Source: Haliotis cracherodii (taxonomy: Eukaryota). Taken from it: 64,000 bases of DNA. Where the stretch lies: NCBI RefSeq assembly GCF_022045235.1, contig NW_027266275.1, positions 41,168,001-41,232,000 of the forward strand. The letters are read 5' to 3'. Below, in pieces: positions 38,415 through 50,329 of the stretch (positions are counted from its first letter, which is position 1; the number at the start of each line of letters is the position of its first letter). Below the pieces are notes generated by a model. The model saw only the letters and a program-made list of their open reading frames with translations, had not been told where the DNA came from and searched no databases. The translations under genes were made by a program, and so were the position numbers.

Positions 38415-39335
38415 TACTACAGGGGTCTCCATACACAACAGGCATTGATGCCCAGCTACAAAGTGAGGAAACAGTTCTACCCGTGGTCTCCATACACGAC
38501 AGGCATTGATTCCCAACTACAAAGTGAGGAAACAGTTCTACAGGAGTTTCTTTCTAGGACAGGCATTGATGCCCAGCTACAAAGTGAGGAAACAGTTCTA
38601 CAGGGGATCTCTATACACAACAGGCACTGATGCCTACCTACAAAGTGAGGAAACGGTTCTACAGGGGATCTCTATACACAACAGGCACTGATGCCTACCT
38701 ACAAAGTGAGGAAACAGTTCTACAGGGATCTCTATACACAACAGGCACTGATGCCTACCTACAAAGTGAGGAAACAGTTCTACAGGGATCTCTATACACA
38801 ACAGGCACTGATGCCTACCTACAAAGTGAGGAAACAGTTCTACAGGGATCTCTATACACAACAGGCACTGATGCCTACCTACAAAGTGAGGAAACAGTTC
38901 TACAGGGATCTCTATACACAACAGGCACTGATGCCTACCTACAAAGTGAGGAAACAGTTCTACAGGGATCTCTATACACAACAGGCACTGATGCCTACCT
39001 ACAAAGTGAGGAAACAGTTCTACAGGGATCTCTATACACAACAGGTACTGATGTCCACCTACAAAGTGAGGAAACAGTTCTACCCGTGGTCTCCATAGAT
39101 GACAGGCATTGATTCCCAACTACAAAGTGAGGAAACAGTTCTACAGGAGTTTCTTTCTAGGACAGGCATTGATGCCCAGCTACAAAAAGAGGAAACATTT
39201 CTACTGGGGCCTCTATTCACAACCAGCACTTATGCCCACCTACAAAAAGAGGAAACAGTTCTACAGGGATCTCTATACACAACAGGCACTTATGCCCACC
39301 TACAAAGTGAGGAAACAGTTCTACAGGGGATCTCA
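38415..39335 (+). repeat. 60/61-bp minisatellite (acaaagtgaggaaacagttctacagggatctctatacacaacaggcactgatgcctacct)
   Basis: ~15 units, with a run of identical central units. Confidence 0.95.
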
Positions 39336-40832
39336 ATTATCAAATGGGATGGTAACAAAACATCATCACAATTACATATCTTTCATAATTTGACAAAAAT
39401 GGAAATGACTACATTTTCAAATCAGTGTAATGGGCTGTTTTATTGACCCTTTATTTCAACATTTGACACAAATATATACAACAAACTTGATGAATTGGCA
39501 GATACAAAAAAGTCCATGGATAAAGCATGCAACATGGAAAAAACTTTAATACACAGATATAACATCCATCACTGTACACACACATATAACAGTCAACACT
39601 ATACAAACACATATATAACATTTGACACTGAATACACATAACATTTGACACAGTACACACATATATTACATTACTTTTATAACATTTATTGAAGGTTAAG
39701 GTCCTTAAAAACACCTCTTGAAAATAAATATTAGCAAAAAGTGAAACAACCGTTCTGTAAACACATTTTGAATCAAATCGCAATGATTATTATTATTTTG
39801 TTACTTTTGCCAAATCAGGAAAGGTTAGCCTGAGTAATGTGAAAAAACAGAGACCTGTCCTGAACATGAGTAAGTGCATTCTGGGAGAACTCACCCACAA
39901 CACATGTCAAATGAAGCAAGGGCAACATGTTAATGAATCTAGCTCTCCTGTATATGAAGTCAGTGAGTGGATACCCTGACCATGTGTCTGTCAGCAGCAG
40001 ACTTCCCACAGATGACAACACTGTACAATGGACATACAGTCTGGTATTTAAAAACATCTTCATTTTAAAACACTACACTCACACACAAAACATTTTGTAC
40101 AGACTTCTTACAAGAAGTGATATATACATGTTTCTTGGAATGGTTCAGTAGCCTAGAGGTTAAAAAGTTGGCCCCATACACCCTGAATCCTAAGTTGGAA
40201 TACAATGTATGAAACCAGCTATTGGTGGTCCCCGCCACGATATGCCTGTACTATTGCTGTAAGTGGTGAAAGACTCAAACCTTTCTTCAACAGTAACTAA
40301 ATCATGTAGCACCTTGACACTTGCCGTTCTACTGTCCTTGTAGCGCCGACACACTAAGACTATCAAACTATCTGGACAGTATTTCAAAAGGGGTGGGGGT
40401 AGTCGAACAGAATGAACCCTGACTCCCCAGGTCCGCCTTACTTAAGGTAAAGACTTTATTGACAAATGTTTGACTGAAAACAACACCTGCAGTTTCAACA
40501 TTTATTGTTTATTGTGGGATGTCCTTTCTTGACAAACCCTGTACATCCCGACACCACAGCTCAATCATTGAACCCCAGGATGGCTCATACACCTAACACT
40601 GGATACATGGATTTATCCAATAACCACCTTGAGAAACATACATATTAACAAGTGAATCAACAAGAGTTCACATGGGTTTGGGTTTGGGTTTTTTCTGGGC
40701 TGATAAATACTGTGGTCGTCAATCAGGTCAAGTATGAACCAAGAAAACTATCCCTGTAAATGACCTGTTAACTCCCTCAGATATCTGTCCTAGTTGGTGA
40801 TGTAACTGAACACTGTGGGAAATACTGCTGTG

Positions 40833-41019
40833 TTACAAGAAGCGTTGGTTGTTCCTCCAGGACATGTAGAAGTGTTTAGCCTGCTGTAATGGGGTGAAGT
40901 AGAGTGACGCGTAGAAGAAGAAGTCACACACCAGCCTGGGAATAATGGGCCATACAATTGATGTTAGAAACACAGTCAATAGCGTCTTGCCAAAGTCCTT
41001 TACGTTCTTCAATGTGGAG
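40833..41019 (-). CDS. BFAR: BFAR terminal coding exon 7
   Basis: STLKNVKDFGKTLL...VWPIIPRLVCDFFFYASLYFTP...RFL*. Confidence 0.92.
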
Positions 41020-44000
41020 CTGGAAAAGGCAACATAATTATATATTTTACTTTGAATTGTATATTTATATCCTTATCCTATCGCACATTATGCCCATTTC
41101 ATACAATGCATTTCTTCCTTTTTCTTTCGATTCTATGTCCAAAATGTGCTTAAACAAGGCCATAGTGACCGAGACTAACATGTCCACCAAGTCCCACAAT
41201 GTAGTCATAGTGAAAAGTCCAACATGTCCAGCATGCCCCACAACGTAGCCATAGTAAGAAAGCCCTATACGTCCACCAAGTAACACAATGTAACCATAGT
41301 GACCAAGACTAACATGTCCACCAAGTCCCACAATGTAGTCATAGTGAAAAGTCCAACATGTCCAGCATGCCCCACAACGTAGCCATAGTAAGAAAGCCCT
41401 AAATGTCCACCAAGTAACACAATGTAACCATAGTGACCAAGACTAACATGTCCACCAAGTCCCACAATGTAGTCATAGTGAAAAGTCCAACATGTCCAGC
41501 ATGCCCCACAACGTAGCCATAGTAAGAAAGCCCTATACGTCCACCAAGTAACACAATGTAACCATAGTGACAAAGTTCAACATGTCCATCAACACACTCA
41601 TCAAGACACCTGTACAGCTACTCTTTCACTCACCCTGTAACTCACCCATCCCCACAGTAACTCTTTCACCTACCCAGAAACTCACCCATCCACACAGTAA
41701 CTCTTTCACCTACCCAGCAACTCACCCATCCACACAGTAACTCTTTCACCAACCCAGCAACTCACCCATCCACACAGTAACCCTTTCACCAACCCAGCAA
41801 TTCACCCATCCAGACAGTAACTCTTTCACCAACCCATCAACTCACCCATCAAGACAGTCAGTCTTTCACCCACTCAGCAACTCACCCATCCAGACAGTAA
41901 CCCTTTCACCAACCAAGCAATTCACCTATCCAGACAGTAACTCTTTCACCAACCCATCAACTCACCCATCCAGATTGTAACTCTTTTTACCAACCCGGCA
42001 ACTCACCCATCCAGACAGTGAGTCTTTCGCCCACTCAGCAACTCACCCATCCAGACTGTAACTCTTTCACCAACCCAGAAACTCACCCATCCAGACAGTA
42101 ACTCTTTCACCAACCAAGCAACTCACCCATCCAGACAGTAACTCTTTCAACCACCCAGCAACTCACCCACCCAGACAGTAACTCTTTCGCCCAACCAGGA
42201 ACTCACCCATCCAGACTAACTCTTTCACCAACCCAGCAACTCACCCACCAGACAGTAACTCTTTCACCAACCAAGGAACTCACCCAACCAGGCAGTAACT
42301 CTTTCACCTACCCAGCAACTCACCCATCCAGGCAGTAACTCTTTCAACTCTTTCTACCGGAGCAGGATCCAATGAATAAGTAAGGAAGCCTCTACCATTG
42401 AGCAACTCACCGAACTGCCGGAGCAGGATCCAATGAATAAGTAAGGAAGCCTCTACCATTGAGCAACTTACCAGAACTGCCGGAGCAGGATCCAATGAAT
42501 AAGTAAGGAAGCCTCTACCATTGAGCAACTTACCCTAACTGCCGGAGCAGGATCCAATAAATAAGTAAGGAAGCCTCTACCATTGAGCAACTCACCGAAC
42601 TACCAGAGCAGGATCCAATGAATAAGTAAGGAAGCCTCTACCATTGAGCAACTTACCCGAACTGTCCGAGCAGGATCCAATGAATAAGTAAGGAAGCCTG
42701 TACCATTGAGCAACTTACCCGAACTTCCGGAGCAGGATCCAATGAATAAGTAAGGAAGCTTCTACTCTTGAGCAACTTACCCGAACTTCCGGAGCAGGAT
42801 CCAATGAATAAGTAAGGAAGCCTCTACCATTGAGCAACTTACCCAAACTGCCAGAGCAGGATCCAATGAATAAGTAAGAAAGCCTCTACCATTGAGCAAC
42901 TTACCCGAACTGTCCGAGCAGGATCCAATGAATAAGTAAGGAAGCCTCTACCATTGAGCAACTTACCCGAACTTCCGGAGCAGGATCCAATGAATAAGTA
43001 AGGAAGCTTCTACTCTTGAGCAACTTACCCGAACTGCCGGAGCAGGATCCAATGAATAAGTAAGGAAGCCTCTACCATTGAGCAACTTACCCAAACTGCC
43101 AGAGCAGGATCCAACGAATAAGTAAGAAAGCCTCTACCATTGAGCAACTTACCCAAACTGCCGGAGCAGGATCCAATGAATAAGTAAGAAAGCCTCTACC
43201 ATTGAGCAACTTACCCAAACTGCCGGAGCAGGATCCAATGAATAAGTAAGAAAGCCTCTACCATTGAGCAACTTACCCGAACTGCCGGAGCAGGATCTAA
43301 TGAATAAGTAAGGAAGCCTGTACCATTGAGCAACTTACCCGAACTGCCGGAGCAGGATCTAATGAATAAGTAAGGAAGCCTCTACCATTGAGCAACTTAC
43401 CCGAACTGCCGGAGCAGGATCCAATGAATAAGTAAGGAAGCCTCTACCATTGAGCAACTTACCCGAACTGCCGGAGCAGGATCCAATGAATAAGTAAGGA
43501 AGCCTCTCCCAGTGAGCAACTCACCCGAACTGCCGCAGCAGGATCCACTGTTTAAGTAAGGAAGCCTCTTGCATGGAGAGGAAGGCACAGCTGAAGAGGA
43601 CAAAAAAAGAGGTCCAGAACTGCCCACTGAACAGGGCCCACGTCAGCTTGGCAATTAGCCAGTAGGGGAGGAGAACTGCATTACTCAGAAATACCACCCA
43701 CTGCTGCTTAGTTGGGGAAGGAATCTGAAATCAGATGACCTTCTCATTACTTACAGGAAAGACTGGAACACATTTCCAGGAATGATGAAAAACACCTAAA
43801 AGCCTTACCATCAAGAACAGCAAAAAGGCTTGCCCTCATCTGGTATGGGAGCAAGACGTACCTGAGACCACCGGAAGGGGATGTCTTCGTCCTGTGCTGG
43901 TGTTGTGAGATGGAGGAAGGGCAGGAAGATTTCCTCATGGTAGAACAGGAACAGATACAGCAGTGTTGTACGAGGGAAGTCCTTCATGCCATACAGCAGG

Positions 44001-47000
44001 AACAGACAGCGACCAGGGTACAGCGCCTGGTAACAGTCACAATGTCAACATGACTTCTGCAAGCTTCATAAATATTCTTTATTCTCTGGCATTGGTGCAT
44101 GTATTCTGCATTTTTCCAGTTCCGTGTGCACTGGAAACTTTGCATGTGCAGATATACTAGGGATATGTCGATCTTACTTGTGGGAAGGCTTGACAGGGGA
44201 GTGAGTGAACTTAGTGTAACCCATCAGTCACAATTGTCCTGACACAGTGGCCTGCAGATAATCATGTCTGTTCCAGCAGATCAGTGACTATAAACAACAA
44301 TACCATACCATAGGGCTATGATGACTAGTCAAGTCACAGAGACTGACTCCCTGATCACAAGCATGAGCTCTGGGAACCTATTCCAAACCAGAATACCCAC
44401 TTGGGCCTCCGAGTAGAAGTAGTGCACTTCATCAGCAACTGCTGGTACACGACATAATGTGCCAACCTGCTGTCTACTCAGCCAGAATGTCTAAATTTGT
44501 AGTCTCTCCTCCATACCTTATATTCCCAGAGTGTCGAAGGCATCTTGACCCCTTTCAGGCGTACATCCTCTATAGCAATGACCAGTGCCCTCTCATGGAG
44601 GTGATTCGTCACATTCAGGACCTCACCAATATTCTCCTCGTCCAGGGAGAGCAGCACTGCACCATCTGTGGGAAGAGATGATATCATTTACACACACAGA
44701 AGTTCACATCAGAAGATGACTGCTGCAATAAGCTTGTAACTAACAGCATTCATAACCATCACAAAAAAAACTAAGCTTAAGTGAAAAAAAATAACATCTC
44801 ATAAGGATGACTGGCATATCATGGAAGATGCCGCCTGTCAAACTCTACATCTGCATAACATCTCAATACTGTCATGAAAACTTTCAAGCTATCATTGTGA
44901 AGTTGCTTTGTTGGTGGCAAGCGTTTAACTTGATTTGCCCCTAAATCATACATTCTAATCAGCCAAATCAGCAATCATACCAACTACCCCCTGTACCCTG
45001 TACCAACTACCCCCTGTACCCTGTACCAATAACTGCCTGTACCCTATACCAGCAACTCCCTGTACCCTATACCAGCAACTCCCTGTACCCTGTATCAACA
45101 ACTCCCTGTACCCTATACCAGCAACTCCCTGTACCCTATACCAGCAACTCCCTGTACCCTACACCAGCAACTCCCTGTACCCTATACCAACTACCCCCTG
45201 TACCCTATACCAACTACTCCCTGTACCCTATACCAACTACCCCCTGTACCCTATACCAACTACCCCCTGTACCCAATACCAACTACCCCCTGTACCCAAT
45301 ACCAACTACCCCCTGTACCCCATACCAACTACCCCCTGTACCCTATACCAACTACCCCCTGTACCCTATACCAACTATCCCCTGTACCCTATACCAACTA
45401 CCCCCTGTACCCTATACCAACTACCCCCTGTACCCTATACCAACTACCCCCTGTACCCTATACCAACTACCCCCTGTACCCCATACCAACTACCCCCTGT
45501 ACCCTATACCAACTACCCCCTGTACCCTATACCAACTATCCCCTGTACCCTATACCAACTATCCCCTGTACCCTATACCAACTATCCCCTGTACCCTGTA
45601 CCAACTACTCCCTGTACCCTATACCTATACCTAAACCCTGCTTAAACTGAATGTGTGTGAGTTGATGAATTCTGCAACCAGAACTTTGAACCAATCAACT
45701 TGTTATCATGGATAATTAAAAAGTACAGCTACTAAGATACAGGCCTATTACCTTATCACTGACATCTATCATTGTTTCTTTGTTTGAATTAGATCAAAAT
45801 GCAGCAAAACAATGATCTGAAAATACTTCCTTCACTATTAAATTCAGTTTGGTATTGAAGGTCATTTCAAGGCAGTCATACATATATTCTTGGACCTAGA
45901 TAAGATGTCAGCCTTATCACTGACTGCAAGCATAGCAATGAATGGGTTAGTGTAACAGGACACAGACCTACAGCCCATGTGGATAGTGGCACTAACTCTC
46001 CCACCTACCAATGCCCTTCTGGTGGACGGCATCAGCATAGCCCTCTGCCCAGCCCATGTGTGTCAGCCATGCTGCCACGTCGTCTGGCTTCCACCTCACA
46101 ACAGGCTTGTGTATCAGGAGATCATCGTCACTGTGCCTCCAAAACCAAACCAAGTATGCTATCTAGACAAACACATACAAAGTGTAAGTTGCCCATATCT
46201 TTTGCCACTGTTTTATTATGCATTCAGAATTTAATTCATACAAAAATAAAACAAAATTCAAGGTAGCCATATTGAAAGTCAAAAGGGGATAATATAAGCA
46301 AACTTAATTTTAGCAACCTAACTGATCAATGTAGACTCTGAGGGGCCCAGTGGTAATTTGTTGATCAGAATTACATCCCTCAGCCATGCCAGGATCTGCT
46401 GATAGTGAGTTCCAATCCCAATTTTGTTCTGATTATGGTCATGGATGTCAATTCAGTGGTAAACGTCTACAACCTAAGTCACTGTGGACTAAGTACTACT
46501 GTACTTGGAATATCCCTCACCAGAATAACCCCTAGGGTCATGACGATCCCCTTACAGAACTCCCCCGGGTTTACTCTCTGTAGGTGGCTCCCTGTGCCGG
46601 AAAGACGCCGGTCAAATTCCTGCACCTTGCCTACATTCTCTAAATTCAATACTTCCTCTTCTCTTTCCATCATTCTGTCTTTGTACATCTTCTTCATCAT
46701 ATTTCTGAAAACATTCAGATGATTGTCATAATCATAAAACTGATCATTTTTTTCTCATAGATGAAACATTCTTGATCAGTGAATGGTTGGTCATGAGCAT
46801 GGAGGCTGTATTATTCCACAGTGAGCAATATTCTAGCTATTTCACACCCAGTGTTTGAAATAATTATAAAACCCAACAAGACAGTCAGGCAGGTGACCCC
46901 GAAATATTGCCTGCCCATCTTCAAACTTACCTGCCCATGTTCCGACATTATAAACATTGAAAATTTGCGAAAAATAAGAGACAAATCACGTCATTATTCA

Positions 47001-47707
47001 GTTGAAATAATACAAACAATTACTTGAGCATCTACGAGGAGTTATGATAAAACTGAATACATAAGTAGTCTTAAAATTCTCTGCCAGACAGTCGGGCAGG
47101 TGGAGGAAAATTTCATGCAGCCAGACTGAAAAGGCAGGCAGGCAGGCAGGCAGGCAGTTATTTCTTACACTGTTCACAGCAGCCTGTAAATAAATCAAAT
47201 CTGTACACGACAAATCCTAAGTATAACACCCATCATTTCAGATGACTCTTACACCACTGAAAGAGTGAGTAATTCCAATATTCCAATGACATAACGGAAG
47301 GCTGTAAACAATAAGTCTGGACCAGACAAACCAGTGACTGAAAGCATGAGCAACAATCAAAGCCATCGTGATACGATGACATGCAAGAAGTCATACCACC
47401 AGATCCTCATTAGATGACTCTTACAACAAACATAGAATACTGGGGACCATGTTATTTCAAGGTGCTGGAGCCAGGTCTAACCCTTCTAATCGTCCTACCT
47501 GAGTGCTGTGTTAATCTTGGGGTGTCCCTGCCACTCCTGGCGACACGTAGGGCACTCTTTCTTGTTGGATGTGAGGAACCAACGTGACAGGCACACCCGG
47601 CAGAAGTTGTGGCCGCACACTAGCGTCGTCGGATCCACCATCAGCTCATAGCAGCAGCTGCACATAAAGTCACTATCCGAGTCAGTCCTAGACAGTGTAG
47701 CCATCAT
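40833..47707 (-). CDS. BFAR: Bifunctional apoptosis regulator (RING finger, SAM domain, multi-TM ER E3 ligase), 7 coding exons, ~415 aa
   Basis: Exons 47707-47499, 46704-46521, 46162-46009, 44665-44517, 44026-43862, 43724-43525, 41019-40833. GT-AG with consistent phases, 1248 nt. Motifs CSCCYELMVDPTTLVCGHNFC..C..W..ECPTCRQEW, DLLIHKPVVRW, GVKMPSTLWEYK, PGRCLFLLYGMKDFPR, LLPYWLIA, WPIIPRLVCDFFFY. Confidence 0.93.
41160..41590. repeat. 134-bp higher-order tandem repeat (three ~45-bp subunits), ~3.2 copies
   Basis: catagtgac recurs at 41161, 41295, 41429 and 41563. Confidence 0.9.
41615..42350 (-). repeat. ~40-bp minisatellite carrying a GG|GTGAGTTGCT donor-like motif (minus strand)
   Basis: Plus-strand unit actctttcaccaacccagcaactcacccatccagacagta, ~18 copies. 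Confidence 0.93.
42357..43570 (-). repeat. 62-bp minisatellite whose unit is the 3' end of BFAR exon 6 plus its 5' splice site (~19 units)
   Basis: Minus-strand unit AGGCTTCCTTACTTATTCATTGGATCCTGCTCCGGCAGTTCGG|gtaagttgctcaatggtag; the first unit is the real exon end. Confidence 0.95.
43525..43724 (-). CDS. BFAR: BFAR coding exon 6
   Basis: IPSPTKQQWVVFLSNAVLLPYWLIAK...FWTS...WILLRQFG; donor GG|GTGAGT. Confidence 0.9.
43862..44026 (-). CDS. BFAR: BFAR coding exon 5
   Basis: ALYPGRCLFLLYGMKDFPRTTLLYLFLFYHEEIFLPFLH... Confidence 0.92.
44517..44665 (-). CDS. BFAR: BFAR coding exon 4 (SAM)
   Basis: DGAVLLSLDEE...GVKMPSTLWEYK. Confidence 0.92.
44975..45628. repeat. 21/22-bp minisatellite (accaactaccccctgtaccctat), G-rich on the minus strand
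   Basis: ~29 tandem units in BFAR intron 3. Confidence 0.95.
46009..46162 (-). CDS. BFAR: BFAR coding exon 3 (TM / SAM start)
   Basis: IAYLVWFWRHSDDDLLIHKPVVRWKPDDVAAWL... Confidence 0.9.
46521..46704 (-). CDS. BFAR: BFAR coding exon 2
   Basis: NMMKKMY...GEFCKGIVMTLGVIL; tttcAG / GTGAGG. Confidence 0.88.
46849..47172 (-). mobile_element. hAT-like MITE (same family as 26190-26518)
   Basis: TIR cagtgtttgaaataa / ttatttcttacactg; TSD ttcacacc/ttcacagc. Confidence 0.82.
47499..47707 (-). CDS. BFAR: BFAR coding exon 1 (RING-HC); the exon extends to an acceptor at ~47836
   Basis: C3HC4 RING; in-frame TGA immediately before the ATG; donor AG|GTAGGA. Confidence 0.93.
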
Positions 47708-48324
47708 TCAGATCCTCAAGAACAAGAGGAAACTTGATTTGGAGTTCAAACAGTGATGAGAGTAGGTCTGTGGTGGTGGAGTCTCCTCGCAGCTGGCATC
47801 AACATCCGAACTGCAGTCCCATCCATTCACAGTCACTGCATAAAGATGTTTTTAATCAATATAAGGTGGCTACGCAATAAATTGCAAAGAACAATAAAGA
47901 ACGAAGCATGGTTTATTTCACAATAAAACATTGTTCTATTAAGACGTCATTTATGTAGATTCGAATTTGATGACGTCGTAAATTGGATGATGTTATTTTT
48001 GAGAGGGAAGTGTCTAGTGAGTTCTTTCCCGTAGATGTAGCTGGGCAGCGTAGATAAACAATGGCCTAATGATCGCATCCAAAAGTGGGAGCGATATGAC
48101 AATCGGCATTGGAAGAAAATATACAGATAATTGATGTACAAATTGTGTGAATATGCAGGAAATACCAAATTAAATGACCTGTTCATAAAAAAGATTTGTC
48201 CTGCATTGACAAGGCTGGAGTCCATTCAGGGAGTCATCATTATTTAAATACGGGTGAATATTTTTAAAGCTTGTACATTTTTTTAACATTCTTAAAGAAG
48301 CTGTACATAATGTTGATATCTCAA

Positions 48325-48470
48325 ATAAGAAATGAATGCCTTGTTGTCGTTGTTTATCTTACAAAACAACACTGCAGGCAGAAAAAACCTTGAGGCGACC
48401 CTGATGGTTTATTCTCCCTGCAGTGTTTTAATGTATAATAAACAACGACAATGAGTCATTCATTTCTTTA
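48325..48470. repeat. ~145-bp foldback palindrome
   Basis: aagaaatgaatg..ttgtcgttgtttat..acactgcagg versus cctgcagtgt..ataaacaacgacaa..attcatttctt. Confidence 0.75.
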
Positions 48471-48579
48471 TTAAAATCAGACAAGACACACTGAGTCTAA
48501 GTTGACCAAACTATAAGGCTTTTCAAAGCCAACATATCCTAACAAGTTAACTACCTATTTCACACTGTAGTATGGGAAT

Positions 48580-48987
48580 TAGGGCTGGGACGAGTCCAAA
48601 TTTACTACACAGATACCCAACCCCCTATTGGTCTACCATACTCTGGTATTTGCTGTAGTTCTCAAGAGATGGGTACAAAATGTCCAATTGGGAATAGTTT
48701 AACTGTAGCCTTGGCAAAATGTATTTAGATACACTCATAAAACGATCATGCATTCACTGAAGTTGCTATATTTTTATTCAAACATAAAAAAGTCAGAAGG
48801 AATGCGTTCATATAAAAAAGAATTGCGAATATCAGTGACTTGTAGTGTAACCATAGAGTTCTAGATCATTTTTGTCATTAAACAATATATCACATGACTA
48901 ACCACAGGTCCTGGTAATCCTGTGGGTACCCGGGTCCTACTCAGTACCCACCCGACCTGAGTACCCGAGTTACCCATCCCAGCTCAA
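48580..48987. mobile_element. Degraded hAT-like MITE (TAGGGCTGGG terminus)
   Basis: tagggctgggacg ... catcccagctcaa with subterminal tacccg repeats. Confidence 0.55.
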
Positions 48988-50329
48988 ATAGGAATAATTT
49001 CTTTAATTAATAATTATTTGACATACAACTACTCTGCACTTATAAAGGTCTCAGCATTTTGAAAGTATAAGTATAGTGTTCTATGCCTTTATAAAGATAA
49101 GATGTTGAGAATTCCTTCCTTGTACGATATCTATATTGTAATCATGTCTTCATTACAACAGTTGAATAGGATAAGAGCCCATCCTTGGAAACTTTTACTG
49201 TACTGCTGTAATAATTTAAACATAAATAAAACACAGTATGATGGTGCAGCTGTTACAACATCTCACTTTCAGTTTCACTTTGCGGGGACAATCCTCACAT
49301 GCAGGACACAGGTTCCATGACCATGGTATTTTTTATGGTATTTATAACTCTCTGATGAAGAAAGTTACTCTGTGTTGGGACAATACTATAAGTTACTATA
49401 TGTGCCAAGAGCATATCATTTTACCTGGGTTCCAGGTAATGACATCATATTACATATATGCCATTGTGTCATAGTAACCTATGCACGGTTAAAAGTCGAA
49501 CCTACATCATTAATAAATGGAACGAGATATTGCACATACCTGTAACTAGATAAGTAATATTTTCATATTGACATAATTTCAAAACAAAACCTTATTCTTA
49601 GTTGAATTCCGGTGCTGCTGATTATAAATTCCCACTGACAATATGTCTGTGAGGTAGATTTGACACCCACAGTTCGGTATCTCTAAATTCTGATGAGTAT
49701 GTACCTTGTTTCACTGTCGTGTCATGCCCCTCGACGATAATCTGTATGTAATCTGTGACGTGAACATGCAGTTGTTTTCTTTCCCATGATTGGTCGCGTG
49801 CTACAAAGATAAAAAAAAAAAAAAATTTAAATTCTGAACCATTTTTAACCATACTTAGTTTCGGTCATCGTCATCTATTATAACGTAGTGTTTGTTGGCA
49901 CAAAATACCGCAAATCTCTGAAGCTGATATTTGTACACATCGTAAGAGACACCCAATTTAATGGTTAACCGTGCCAGCCTTTAATCCAATCGAACAGGCC
50001 ATCGAGGTAAATAATGCATACCGACGACAATCAATGTATGTATGTGGTGGTGGCAACATACACTTCATGTGAACTTCACTATTTAACATCTTTTCTATCC
50101 GTGTATGTTGAAAGTGGTCAGTCTAACATGGATATGTTGTATAAAACAACCGCGTATCTACCCTTTAAAACGAACACACTCTTTCTTGATAGCAATTGTG
50201 GATGCAGTTGAGGACTGGAGAATCGCATATCGGACTGACTGTTAGATATTCTAGAGGGCGTGTGAGCTGTCAGTCCGTCTGTCTGTCTGTCTGGTGAGGG
50301 GTTGGGGTGGAATGGCCACTGATTGTTAC

